From Heptranchias perlo (Eukaryota): a stretch of 64,000 nucleotides of DNA. The stretch is from assembly GCF_035084215.1 (NCBI RefSeq), contig NC_090325.1, forward strand, positions 51,212,001 to 51,276,000, given 5' to 3'. The translations under genes and the position numbers were made by a program. The notes beneath the pieces were generated by a model. It was given only the letters and a program-made list of their open reading frames with translations. It made no database searches and was not told where the DNA came from. Positions 27,195-40,103 of the stretch are shown here, one piece after another. Positions within the stretch are counted from its first letter, which is position 1, and each line of letters starts with the position of its first letter.

Positions 27195-27705
27195 CTTACC
27201 TAAGAAAGGATATACTTGCCATAGAGGGAGTGCAACGAAGGTTCACCAGACTGATTCCTGGGATGGTGGGATTGTCGTATGAGGAAAGATTGAGTAGACT
27301 AGGCCTGTATTCTCTAGCGTTTAGAAGAATGAGAGGTGATCTCATTGCAACATACAACATTCTTACAGGGCTCGACAGGGTAGATGCAGGGAGGATGTTT
27401 CCCCTGGCTGGGGAATCTAGAACCAGGGGTCACAGTCTCAGAATAAGGGGTAGGCCATTTAGGACTGAGATGAAGAGAAATTTCTTCACTGAGGGTGGTG
27501 AATCTTTGGAATTCGCTAACCCAGAGGGCTGTGGAGGCTCAGTCATTGAGTACATTCAAAACTGGGATCGATAGATTTCTAGATATTAAAGGCATCAAGG
27601 GAAATGGCGTTGAGGTAGAAGATCAACCATGATCTTGTTGAATGATGGAACAGGCTCGAGGTGCCAGATGGCTTACTCCTGCTCCTATTTCTTATGTTCT
27701 TATAA
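27195..27705 (+). mobile_element. CR1 3' fragment
   Basis: [28 protein letters not shown]; ends in TTCTTATGTTCTT. Confidence 0.9.
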
Positions 27706-27817
27706 CATGAGCAAATGTTTATAGAATTGTCAATATTATCCGTGCACCTAACCAGGAGGAATTTTGCATCCTTCCCTCTCCCATGATATAAATCAACAAA
27801 TTGAATGCTCTAATTTG

Positions 27818-29215
27818 GTGTCAGCATTTGCTCAATGGTAATACTCTTTGAGTCAGAGTTGAAAGGTCATGTCTCACTCCAGAGACTTGGGTCATAATCC
27901 AGGCTGACACTTTAGTGCAGTGCTGAGGGAGAACTGCTTTGTCAGAGGTGCCGTCTTTTAGCTGAGACATTAAACTGAGGCTCTATCTACCTCTCAGGTG
28001 AACTCTTCCCCCTCTTTCTCATCTACATGCTGCACCCTACAACATCGTCCAAAGACTGGGATCAAGTTCCACATGTACACTGACGACACCAAGCTATACC
28101 TCTCCACCACTTCTTTTGACCCCTCCACACCTCTATTTGTCTCTAGTCTTGGATGAACCACAATTTCCACCTGTTAACAATTAGGAAGACTGAAGCCATT
28201 GTCATTGGCCACTGCCGCAAACTCCATACTCTTGTCACCGATTACATTCCCCTTCCCAGCCACTGTCTCAGGCTGAACCAGACTGTTTGCAACCTCGGCG
28301 TCTTATTTGACCCCAACCTGAGCATCCAAACCCATATCCTCTCCATCACCAAGACCACCTCCTTCCACCTCCATATTATTGCCTGCCTTCACCCCTCCCT
28401 CAGCCCATCTGCTGCTGAAACCCTCATCCATGCCGTTGTCACTTCCAGACTCGACTATTCTAATGTTCTCCTGGGCGTCCTCCCATCTTCCATAAACATG
28501 AGCTCATCCAAATCTCAGCTGCCCATATCCTATCCTGCTCACCCATCACCCCTGTGTTTGCTGACCTACATTTGCTCCTTGTTTCCCAATTTCTCAAATT
28601 TAACATTCTCATTGTGTTTAAATGTCTTCATCGCCTCATCCCTCCCTATCTTTGTAATCTCCTCCAGCTATACAACCCACCCAAAAAACACTGCATTCCT
28701 CCAACTCTGGCCTCTTATGCATACCTCACTTCCCCCACTTCCTTCAACCCACCATTGGCATCTGTGCCTCAGCTGTTTAGGCCCCATGCTTTGAAATTGC
28801 CTCCCCCCTAAACTTCTCCACAGTCCCTTCCTTTTAGACCCACCTTAAAACCCACCTCTTTGATCTTTTAGTTATCCCCGCCTAAAATCTCCTCCTTTGG
28901 TTGTGTCCATTTTTGTCTGATTACCCTTCTTTGAAACACCTTGGGAGGTTTTTCTATGTTAAAGGTGCTATATAAATGCAAGTTTGAAGAAGAGCAGAGG
29001 ACATCTCCTAGTCAACCTTTATCCCTCAACCAACATCACTAACACAGATAAAATCTGGCCAATTACCTCATTGCTATGTGTGGGACTTTGCTGTGTGCAA
29101 ATTGGCAAGTGCATTTGCCTGCATAACAGTGACTACCAGTCAAAAGTACTTCATTGGCTGTGAAGCGCTTTGGGACATCCTGAGGATGTGAAGGCGCTAC
29201 ATTAATGCAAGTTCT
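27818..29215 (+). mobile_element. Deu-SINE split by an L2 fragment (27818-28000 and 28985-29215)
   Basis: Head and tail halves are collinear with 48905-49346. Confidence 0.75.
28005..28983 (+). mobile_element. L2 LINE 3' part, inside a Deu-SINE
   Basis: MYTDDTKLY, KTEAIV, ETLIHAVVTSRLDYSN; tail AAAGGTGCTATATAAATGCAAGT. Confidence 0.88.
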
Positions 29216-30239
29216 GATTCTTTCGTTCATAGGCAATTTGGAGAAGCCACAAAAGAAAGTAACCTGAAACTTTACCCACTTGTCTAATTTGAAAAATGAC
29301 AGGTACCTGGCAACTTCAGATCCACTCTTTGAGGAGTAGTTTCCTTATAAGTTTTTCTCAATACAATCTTTACAAAGCTTATTTTTGTTTTTCCGTGAAG
29401 CTGAAAGGTACTACTGACCTCTCCTGAATTAACATTTGCAGTATTTGTTGTAACTTGCAGGTTGCACTTTCATAATCTCTCTGTCTTTTATTCTAGCATG
29501 TAATTTGGTGGAGATAGTTGAAGTTAAATTGCACTTTAAATACAGCTTCTATCTTATAGAGCCATAGAGGCCAGAAAGATTTGAACCTGGTCTGTGCTAA
29601 ATTACTTGACCTCGCCTAAGGCAGCAGTCGGAATGCCACAATTGGATGTAGCAGCCCTGTGTTAAAGAGGGGGAAAGTCCTGGATTCCCATTCCTGATCA
29701 CTGACCAATAACCACAACTGGAAAGTGCACACATGGAAACAGGATTGAGCTTGGCTATGATGTCCCTCCTGGTAGACTAGCCTGTTGACAATTTTTTTGA
29801 ACAGCAATTTTCTCTCATCCCCTTGTTTCCTGAAACCATTGACTCCTTGCTGGGGTAATGATCCACAGGTAAGTGGCACCTTCTGTAACCCCACCCAAAT
29901 GGCCATTATTCATGTCTGAGCCTTGACAGTGACTGACAGTAGGATATTCAATTGTGGGAGTAACACAGCCAAGCCCGATCTTGTCCTTGTCTGATGTCCT
30001 TGAAAGTGCACTTTCTGCCGGTGTCACTGAATAGCGATTTGAGAGTGAAACATGGCTAATTGTCCCCTCTCAATTGTAATACCCCAACTGAACCCCTGTT
30101 GAGATCAGCTACTTCAGCATCGACTAGGCATCAAAGCTGTGAACTTTCTTCACAATATGACTGAATTACTCACAGAATCATCGGGTCTACTGATACTCTC
30201 TAGGAGGGCTCAGACACGAAGAATGGCCTCTTGAATGAC

Positions 30240-30905
30240 TAAAAGTAGCGACACATAAGGCCATAAAAAAGGCAAATCAAGCACTAGAGGAATAGAATTG
30301 AAAAGCAAAGAAGTTATGTTAAACTTGTATAGAACCTTAGTTAGACCACACTTGGAGTATGGTGCACAGTTTTGGTCTCCATATTATAGAAAGGATGTAA
30401 AGGCATTGGAAAGGGTGCAAAAAAGATTTACAAGGATGATACCACAACTGAGAGGATAGCCTTATCAGGAAAGGCTGAACAGGCTGGGGCTCTTTTCTCT
30501 AGAAAAGAGAAGGCTGAGGGGTGACCTGATAGAGGTCTTTAAGATAATTATAGGGTTTGATAGGGTAGATGTACAGATGTTTCCACTTGTGGGGGAGTCC
30601 AAAACTAGAGGCCATAAATATAAAATAGATGCCAATAAATCCAATAGGGAATTCAGGAGAAACTTCTTTATCCAAAGAGTGGTAAGAATGTGGAACATGC
30701 TACCACAAGGAGTGGTTGAGGTGACCAGCATAGATGCATTTAAGGGGAAGCTGGATAAACACATGATGGAGAAAGGAATAGAAGGGTATCCTGATAAGTT
30801 TAGATGAAGTAGGGAGGGAGGAGGTTCGTGAGGAGCATAAACATTGGCATAGACCAGTTGGGCCGAATGGCCTGTTTCTGTGCTGTAGTTTCGATGTAAC
30901 TCAAT
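30240..30905 (+). mobile_element. CR1 3' fragment
   Basis: LYRTLVRPHLEY..QFWSP and FFIQRVVRMWNMLP. Confidence 0.9.
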
Positions 30906-31048
30906 GTAAGATGGCCACTAGCACCGCAAGCTATGGAACTACATTCTGCGTGATTCAGTATCTTTACGAGAAGAGGGGAGAATAATGGGTGTAATTGAAA
31001 AGAAAATATAACAGAAAAGAGAGCTGTTATATGCTGCCTTGAAATTAC

Positions 31049-31244
31049 CTGATGAAATCTGGGGCACGGGTGATCATGTACTCAAAGTCAGCTAAAGAGA
31101 GCTTCCCATCACCATCCAAGTCTCCTTCCTCCATGATTTTGTTGCACACAAGTTGAAGTTCTTCATCTGACAGCTCCTCACCTGTAAGCTTACCGAGCAT
31201 CACCTCCAGGTCTGATTGGCAAATGAAGTTATCATTGTTGAAGT
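31049..31244 (-). CDS. CIB2/CIB3-like, exon 5 (EF-hands 3 and 4)
   Basis: 196 nt, AG/GT bounded. Translates [65 protein letters not shown] with two EF-hand loops. Confidence 0.95.
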
Positions 31245-31441
31245 CTATGTAAAATAAGACACAGATACAGTGGTAATGTGTATTCATTTTAACATGGAAT
31301 TCTGCAGTAAGACAATAACTTGTTCTTTGTATTTTTTTTATAATTTGAAAGTGAACTGCATTTTGATGTTTTCTTTTTTATTGAGAAACCAAGGTCCAGC
31401 ACTAAGGCTCATACAGCAGAACACCACCAAGGTTGAAATAA

Positions 31442-31656
31442 TTTTACAACACCAAGTTATAGTCCAACAATTTTATTTGAAATTCACAAGCTTTCGGAGG
31501 CTTCCTCCTTCCTCAGGTGAATGTTGTGACATTCACCTGAGGAAGGAGGAAGCCTCCGAAAGCTTGTGAATTTCAAATAAAATTGTTGGACTATAACTTG
31601 GTGTTGTAAAATTGTTTACAATTGTCAACCCCAGTCCATCACCGGCATCTCCACAT
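31442..31656. mobile_element. Penelope-like palindromic terminal insertion with hammerhead motifs on both strands
   Basis: 14-bp target duplication CAAGGTTGAAATAA; perfect 85-bp arms 31440-31613 around a 4-nt loop. Confidence 0.82.
31531..31571 (+). ncRNA. Minimal type-I hammerhead ribozyme motif (mirror copy at 31482-31522 on -)
   Basis: Stem I AUUCAC/GUGAAU, core CUGAGGA, stem II GGAGG/CCUCC, GAAA, palindromic AAGCUU in place of stem III. Confidence 0.7.
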
Positions 31657-32899
31657 CAAGGTTGAAATAAGCAGGAGAGAAGATGAGGTGAATTAAGGAA
31701 TTAGGAGGAACAAAAGCAAACCCCCCTGAGGAGCACTAGTCATGGTAGTAATGATGAAATAAAGAAGAATAAGAATGGCTGGGGCAGAATGAAAAATTGG
31801 AGGTCAAAGGGAACAAAAAATGTTGTTTAAAAGCTTTCTGATCTGCTTCTGTAGTCTTTTGATTTTGAATCACAGTTGATTGTTACTGATTTAGCAAGTA
31901 ATGCAGGGGCTGAAGGTACTGTTCTGTATACAATGATTTTAACCTTAGCAAAAGTTAAACAGTGATGGCCTAGAAGTGACTGTTGGTGGTATTAGCAAAT
32001 GAACACTTAACACATTCATACTGCAATCCTCTATTTTAAATCAGTTAATCCCTCCACTAAAATAATCCCAGCAGCACAAAAGATGTTCTTGTGTATTCGC
32101 CATCATAATCAGCTAGGAGGGGGTTTGGTGGGGGGGGGGGGGGGGGAGTGGATGGTAGTGAAAAGGGATGAGGGGATGGATGGTAATGAAGGGGAGAGGG
32201 ATGAGGGCAGAAGCAATGAGCAGTGCTTTGGGACAGAAGAGAGGAGAAGCTGGGAGTCGTGCTTCAAAGTGGGAGAGGAAGGAAAATGTCAGCACTAACT
32301 GAGAAGGAGTTTGGAGGATAAAGTGCCCACGTGAAGTGGAGGGAACAAAGATGCCAGCATGAACTTTTGGTAGGGGGTTCGTGGAGGGGGGGTAGAGAAA
32401 GAGTGCCAGCCTGAACTGGGGGAGAGTGGAAGAAAAGTAACTGGTTTAGAGGGGAAAAGTGTGAATTGATAAGGGAGAGAAAAAAAGAGTTCCTGAATGG
32501 ACTGTGGGAGTAGGAGGAGAAGAGTGTCTCTCTGGGAAAGGGTGGGGTATAGCGTCTCTGTAAACTGGGTCAGAAGGGGGTTGAGTGCCTTTTTAAACTG
32601 GTGCAGTGGGGTTGGGTGTGGGAGTGTGACTATTGACACAACTTTTGGAGAAGTATTGGTCAGGTTGGTCTGTTAAAAATACAAATTTTGTTTTGTTTTT
32701 ATTTTTGGTTTTAGTTTAAGAATGTATTCATATAAAATATAAAAGTACTTAAAAATGGAACAGAATGCATCATTTTAATGTAAAAATTTGAAAATTTTCC
32801 CACTGAGCATGTACCCGGATCCCCCAGAAATGCACCACAGATTTTGTGCCTTCAATGTTTTCATTCTCCTTCAGGCTTTCACATTTTTGTTTATCGTCT

Positions 32900-33695
32900 T
32901 TGGCCCCCAACAGAAATTCCATACCCTTCCCACCGATTGCAACCCCTCCCCAGCCACTGTCCCAGGTTGCACCAGATTGTTTGCAGTCTCGGCATTCTAT
33001 TCAATCCGAAGCTGAGCTTCCAACTGCATATCCTCTCCATCACAAAGACTGCTTACTTCACCTCTGTAATATCACCTCCCCTCACCCCTGCCTGAGTCCA
33101 TCTGCTGCTGAAATTCTCATCCATGCCTTTATCACCTCCAGACTCAACTATTCCAATGCTCTCCTGGCCAGCCTCATATCCTGCACACTCTGTAAACGTC
33201 TGCTCATTCAAAACTCTGCTGCCCATATCTAATCACGCATTGAGTCCCACTCACTCATCGCCCTTGACTATGCTGATCTACATTGGCTTCTGATCCACCA
33301 ACACCTCCAATTAAAAAGTCTCATCCTTGTGTTTAAATACCTTTGTGGCCTGTCCCTCCCTATCTCTGTAACCTTCTCCAGCACTGCAAACCCCTTCCCG
33401 AGAACTCTCTCCTCTTCTGACTCTGGCTTTTTGTGCATTCCCCTCCCTTCACCCTACCATTGGCGGCCATGCCTTCAGCCTCCTAGGACCTTACACTCTG
33501 GAATTCCTTCCCTAAACCCTTCTGCCTCTCTTCCTTTAAGATCATTCTTATAACCTTCTCCTTTGCCCAAGCTTTTAGTCAATCCTCCTAATACCTCCTC
33601 CTTTGGCTCGGCATGCATTTCTTTGTCTGATCACATCTCTGAAGCACCTTGGGATGATTTTCTACATTAAAAGCAGTCTACAAATGCAAGTTGTT
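32900..33695 (+). mobile_element. L2 LINE 3' part
   Basis: EILIHAFITSRLNYSNALL and IQNSAA; L2 tail. Confidence 0.85.
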
Positions 33696-35434
33696 CTTTA
33701 TTTGCCTCCAATAAAAGTGGAGGAATGTTCTGATATCTACCACTTAAGTTACAAAGCTTATGTAACTACTTGCCTGTTTTTTTGGGGCTGTGTCAGCTTT
33801 TTTGAAACTGTTGTTCAACTTTTGCTAGTTTTCTAGGTTGGTGTGTATGCTATGGGCTCTCAGTTGTGTTTGTAGCGGAAGGGAGTACAATGGCAAGATT
33901 GTGTGGCATCTTTTACCAGATCAGCAACTATCATTGATTAACATATCTGTACTACAAAGCTTCTGATGGTCATATATTTGCAAGACAGTAGAATATTATT
34001 AGGAATTTTGTGAGGCCTATAAGAACTGTACAATTTGCTTTAAATTCACCAATCTTGTGAAATCTGGCATCATCTATCCACTACTTCTCATCTTCTCTCC
34101 TCCTTTTTCAACTTTGCTGATGTCCCACACTATAGGCATTTGATCCTGCACCTAGGTTTCTCAAAAAAGTGAACACCAAAGTGTGGTATAATTTTGGATT
34201 GTGTAAAGGTGCAAGGAGCAAATGACTTAACAGAACTAGACTAGTGCAGATTACTTTGTAGAGGGTTCCTTTTAAACTTTGCCAAAATTTCAAATACTAA
34301 ATCAAGAATCCTGAAGTCCAAAGTCCTGTTTGTTGCAAGCTCTTTACCAAGTTTATTTACTTAACCCAGCAGCAGGGCACTATTATAATACAACTTCCTG
34401 TTTATTGATCTGAATCCAATTGGAACTTGTTCTTACTGGATGACAATATCTAGCTTTACCTATTCAGCACCCTATTTACGATAGTTGGGGTGATTATGTT
34501 TTCCCTTTTGTGTTTTGATTTTTTATTGGTTCTCAAGAAAGTACATTCACATTTTAGGAAGCTACATATGCAATAATTGTTAATTATGTACCATACACCT
34601 ATATGTGAACATAGTTTTGTCAAATTTAATCATATTTATTTCAGATTTTCATCAAGAATCATATTGGTTCTGAGAGTGTGTTCCTAGGAAGACATACTTT
34701 CAACAAACCTATGGAATAAATCTAAAGTCCAGGCCATCTGTGAAGTCCTGGGCATGAACAAATCTACATTTATAGAATTTAAAAACTTACTTCTTGTAAA
34801 TGTGAGTATTGTATTGCTAAATTTAAAGATTACTTTTTAAATATTCTGTTAGAATGAATGCTCTTATGACACATTTGTTCCATATCAAGCTGCTAGATGA
34901 AATTACCCTGCCAGTTTTTTTTTAAATATCAACACTTTCCAGTACTTTCAGTAGAGTTAACTGGCTGCTTTTGGCATATTACTGGGTTGAAAAGGTTAAT
35001 GAAACAATGAGCAGAGTTTCACTATGCTTGGTCTTTGCCAGGCTTGAAACTGTTGTTGTCAAATTGGCTTCCACACAGTAGTCAACTTTGGAAAGTACAT
35101 CAAAGTGAATAAGTGGAGAAAGTGACAGGAAAAGTGAGTAAAGGTTTGGTTATTCTCAGCTAACTTCAACATTACGGGCCTGATATTAGGAGGGAGGCGG
35201 GTTGCCAGTGGGGGGTCGACTGGGCGCGTGGGTAACGTGCCCAGTGAAATCGGCGTGCTCCGCATGCGATCGCAGCCTAATTGAAGGTACTTACGTGTGT
35301 TTCCGGGTTTCCCGTTGCAGACCTGCGCAGCGGGCGCACTGCGCACCTGCATCACAGGCTGTCAGCAGGAGGAGCCCTATTTAAAGGGACAGTCCTCCAA
35401 TGCTCCTCCTGTAGCAAAGAACCATAATGGCAGC

Positions 35435-37295
35435 ATGGAGCAGGCCAGAGGCAAGGCTGCTCCAAGGTTCACTGACTCCTCACTCCAGGTGCTGCTCGAT
35501 GGGGTCAGGAGGAGGAGGAGGGAAGTGTTTTTCCCATCAGACGGGAGGAAGTGTCCTGCCTCTGTCACCAAGAAGTTCTGGCTCGAGGTGGCTGAGGAGG
35601 TCAGCAGCAGCAGCAATGTCGCCCGAACCTGGGTCCAGTGCAGGAAGTGCATTAATGACCTAACCAGGTCAGCCAAAGTGAGTACACTTACGCATTCTCC
35701 CACACTCCGTCTTCCACATCACCTCCACCACCACACAACTCCTTCTGCAATGCCACCACAACATTCTTGCATCACTCCTCACATCCACTCAACCATCATC
35801 TACACCTTGCCTGCACTTATTCACTGCCCCAGTTCCCATTTGAACCCTACCACGCAACCCAATCCTCATACAATCTCATGGCTATGTCTCACACGCACCC
35901 TCCCATGCATCTCCCTCACGCTCACCCCCACCCACACCAATGCATGCAGCGGCTCACCATGCAACCATCACTCAATCACGCCTCTCTGTGTTTTGCCTTG
36001 ATAGGAGAAGAGATGCCAGAATGCCCAGGAGAGGGCAAGGACCGGAGGGGGCCCGCGTCACCAGGTGGTCCTAACGGACGCAGAGCAGCAGGCACTAGAA
36101 ATAAGCCACACGCTGGAGTGCCTGTCCATGGCGGACGCCGAGACTGGGAGCGCACAAGCGGCTGGTGACTGAAATCTAACACTCAGCACTCATGATAGCG
36201 AATGATCTTAACATCCCTTGGCATCTGCAGCACCTCAACATCTGTCTACATGCTTAATATTGATTTCTGTTCTCAACCGCCATGACTGCGGAGGGTGATT
36301 CCTCAGAGGACCTGCCGGCCTCTGAGGGGGCATCGTCACATCTGAGCCAGCCATCCACCAACGCAGACATACACACACCTCGGTGGGTCCCCGTCCTCAC
36401 TTATTTGGGCTTGCACATGGTGAGTCACCACGCACATGTGAGCATGAGCAGACCTTGGTGGTGGGCAGCCATGGAGAGTCCGCGTCGGTGGGAGCACTCT
36501 TCTCCAGGCTGTGCTCAGCTGGACCCAGATGCTGAATCCTGGGGGCCAGCCGTGAAAAGGAGAGTCATCAAGGGGCAGCAGCACATTGCCAACATACTGG
36601 AACAGTTGCCACGCGCACTCTCCACAATCGCGCAGAGGATGGAGGAGTCCAATTCCTGCATGAGTGGAATGGTGGCACAGGTACAGGAGGGTATCTCCGA
36701 GATAGTGTCACAGGGACGTGAAGGTATCTCTGAGATAGTGTCGCAGGTAGGTGTGGGAACGTCTGCGATGGAGGGAAGGTTAGCCTCCATCGAGCTTCAA
36801 GCATGGCTCAACAATGAGTCCATTCAGGCCCTGACAACGGCCGTTCGGATTCAGGATGAGCAACATTCTGCCGCCTTAAACAAACTGACAGATATGTTAC
36901 AACTGGCCTTCCAAGGCTTCACACAAGTCCTCCAAACTGTCGTCCAGCAGGGTGGAAGGAGTGATGTGGGCCTGGCCCAGGAGAGGGATGATGGCGAAAG
37001 GGGACATGGAAGTGGGGACGCCACTCAAAGCGCTCCCACGTCTCACCCGTTGCCTCCCTCTCAACCAGTACCCGCAATGCTGCCTCCTCTCCAGGTGGTC
37101 GAGTCTGCTCCTGCACAGGTGCAGGTGGAGCAGTCTTTGGAGGGGCCCTCACAAGCACCGAAACCCAGAGGGCGTCCACGCAAAGCATCTCATCGGTCAG
37201 GGTATGGACAAAAGCAACCTGCCACTACCTCTGTTGAAGCCACAGGGGTAGCACCACGTAGGGGTTCCCGTAAACATAAGGCGAAGGTTTTGTGA
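35435..37295 (+). CDS. Harbinger Myb/SANT-like DNA-binding protein (exons 35435-35677, 36005-36164, about 36282-37295)
   Basis: MEQARGKAAPRFTDSSLQVLLDGV...FWLEVAEEV...RTWVQCRKCINDL then EKRCQNAQERARTGGGP, with GT/AG sites; 337-codon open last exon. TATTTAAA at 35378. The exon 3 acceptor appears to be missing. Confidence 0.8.
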
Positions 37296-37449
37296 GCACA
37301 AAGGGGATGCACAAGGGTGTATGACGGAATGTCATGTTTTTCATTTAGATTTGTTTGTTTTGCAAACCACATTAAATGTTGTTCTCACCACTATTGCCAC
37401 GTCTTTTCAAATCTTGTCTGGTTTGTGCAATAATTCCCTTTCCTGAGGA

Positions 37450-37962
37450 TCACCCTGAAGACCCACACCTGATGCCACCCATTGTGTCACTGCAGAGTGG
37501 GTGTAGGTGTATTTGCAGGGCTCTTTTGCGCAAACGACAGAGAGACGCTGGCGATGTCCCCGGTGACACCCTGGAAGGATGCGGAGGAGAACTTGTTGAG
37601 GGCAGTGGTGACTTCGACAGCGACAGGTAAGAAGATGGTGCTCGGGCCAGCCGGGAGCAGCTCAGCATCAAGGAGGCTGCAGATGTCCACGACTACATGT
37701 TGAATGACTCTGAGCCTCTGTGTGCACTGCTCCTCAGAGAGGTCCAGGAAGCTGAGCCTCTGTCTGTAGACCCTGTGGCGAGGGTAGTGCCTTCTGCGAC
37801 GCATCTCTCTCTGCGGTTGCCCTCCCTCCTGCTGTGCAGGTGGATGTGTCACAGCACTGTGTTGTGGAGCTCCACGTGTCAGAGGTGGACGGCGAGGGTG
37901 GTGATGCTGTTCGTCCTCCAATGAAGTCATGACTGCAGCTATGGCGGCCCCCATCTGCAAGA
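37450..37962 (-). pseudogene. Harbinger transposase N-terminal remnant
   Basis: RRRRHYPRHRVYRQRLSFLDLSEEQCTQRLR...LPVAVEVTTALNKFSSASFQGVTGDIASVS resembles the HARBI1-like HTH region; the catalytic DDE domain is absent. Confidence 0.8.
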
Positions 37963-39759
37963 TGTACATTTGAGGGGGTCTGCACACCGGGGTTGATGTT
38001 CCAAGTTGGTGAATTTTATTGTTAGGAGGAGGGTGGTGGAGGCCATACTTTGTCCAAAGTGACAGAGTGGCCTCCTGCAATGAGTGAGGGTCTTCTTCCA
38101 CCTGTCAAATGGACCTTTGCAGCTCCCACAGGCTGGTGGCTGCAACACGTCTGTTTCAACTGGGAGTGTTTCCCCCAGTACGGGAAATACGCTCAGTTGA
38201 GATAAAAATCCCACCCCTCCTAAAATATCATGTCAATCAGGTCTCCAAAGGACCTGAACTATCTGATTCATTGATTTAAAGTCGGCAGGAGTCCCGCATG
38301 CAGGGGCTGCGCACGCATCTAAGCACGTCATTGGGCGGGCTCCGGACCCGCCCCAGGAATCCCCAATTTTAGGAGGCCCCCCCACCCAACACGAATGTAC
38401 CCGCTCAGCCATCTGAAAATTGACGCCTACGTGTCACAATCAGTGGGATCGGGCTCCTACAAAGCCTATATCTGTTCATCGTGGAACATACTGCAGCTCT
38501 GTTTTGCAGCCTACAACCATCTGTTGTGTCTGAATTGAATTTAAAGCCATATATATGATAAATGAATTAAATGAGATGTCGGAAAATCCTCTGATTTTGT
38601 TGTTTAGTAGATAATGAATAGAGCAGCACCACAAGAATGATTAGGACTTAGGACAGACATCTATAGGAATCCTCATCACTGAGAGTTTATATAAGGAGTA
38701 ACTGAGCTATACAGAGCAGGAAGGTCGCAGGCTCGATCTGTGCTGAGTTAACTAACCTCAATTGGGACAGCATTAGAGCTACTACAGTTGGCCTCGTGCC
38801 CTTGAGTTAGTTTTGGGACACCCAGTCAGGGTTCCCACTCCTGATTATTATCCAGTGCTCCTCCTGGATACTGAATGGGAGCAGAATTGAGCTTAGCCAT
38901 GGTGCTCGTCACTACAATTGGGTGAGGTGCCTGAGCAAGGAGCTGATGCCTTCAAGAAGGGAATGATAAAAATTGGTGACAGAAAAGAACCGTTACTGTC
39001 TGATGTATTTGAAACATTTTAAATTAATAAGAAAAAGGACAGATTTTTATGTTTATAGAAAGAATTGGAGCTGCTTCTTGTTTTGTACAAATCAATAAAG
39101 TTAATACAAAATACCAACAGTAAACAAAGCATTACATATTTCTGGCTCCAAACCTTTCTCCTAAACACTGTCCTCACCTGGAACTCTATCCGTCATACCA
39201 ATAAGTTCAGTCACACAATTAACTACAAACTACTGAACCAGAGTTTTTGGAACATGTTTTAGGTCGTGGAATGTCAAATGTTGCAACCCAGCACAAATCC
39301 CCACATTATTGTGTGTTTCAACAACACCAGGATCAATTTTAAGGCACCCTGTCCTATTTACATTTGCAACTAAATGCTCTCTATTATTATGATATCGAAT
39401 ATATGAAAAGTGTATAAAAAGGGGGTAAGGACCAGTCATTTTTGAAACACTGCACATCAATTTGTTCTCCCTAATGTATGAATTACAAGGCTGGTGGACC
39501 ATTAATTTTCAATGGAACTTGTTACTCAAAAGGTCTGACACAAAGGAGCCTCTAACAGTCCAAACCTTTTTTTTGATTATATGTAGGTTTGCTTCCATTC
39601 CTCATGCAACCCCCTAATTTGATTTTGATACCAGATAGCCGACAATAGACTGATCAATGAACATAGCTTTCAATTAATAGCAAAGATCAATACTTCATTT
39701 CATTTGCAAAAGATTTATTCCTTCTGTTGCCATACTGCACTCACCATTTGAACACTCAC

Positions 39760-39907
39760 CATAAATTTTAAATGCATAATATGCCTTTAAATGGTTTGGT
39801 GCCAGATCACTTAAGACAGAGAACATATTTAGAAAGTCATTAAATGTCATGTTCCCCTGCTTATCCTCAGAAAATACTTGAAGGATCTTTTGATGAAAGG
39901 GATTTTC
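39760..39907 (-). CDS. CIB2/CIB3-like, exon 4
   Basis: 148 nt, ttccag acceptor, G|gtgagt donor. Translates [49 protein letters not shown]. Confidence 0.95.
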
Positions 39908-40001
39908 CTGGAAAAAGAAAGAAGTTAACATCCCATATGTTCAAACACAAGCTTAAATATAACACAGAAAAATGAATGTGTAATGCTGAATTTTTTGTTG
40001 T

Positions 40002-40103
40002 GATGTGGAGATGCCGGTGATGGACTGGGGTTGACAATTGTAAACAATTTTACAACACCAAGTTATAGTCCAACAATTTTATTTTTAATCCCACAAGCTT
40101 TCG
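40002..40103 (-). mobile_element. Short Penelope-like 3' end insertion (same family)
   Basis: 14-bp duplication GAATTTTTTGTTGT; same GATGTGGAGATGCCGGTGATGGACTGGGG terminus; truncated within the hammerhead (AGCTTTCGG). Confidence 0.78.

Larger units (their letters stand above)
35176..38427 (+). mobile_element. PIF/Harbinger DNA transposon 1 (Myb/SANT gene on +, internally deleted transposase on -)
   Basis: Imperfect terminal inverted repeats GGGCCTGATATT / (rc) GGCGTCAATTTT, TAC on both flanks, and a convergent two-gene layout. Confidence 0.88.
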
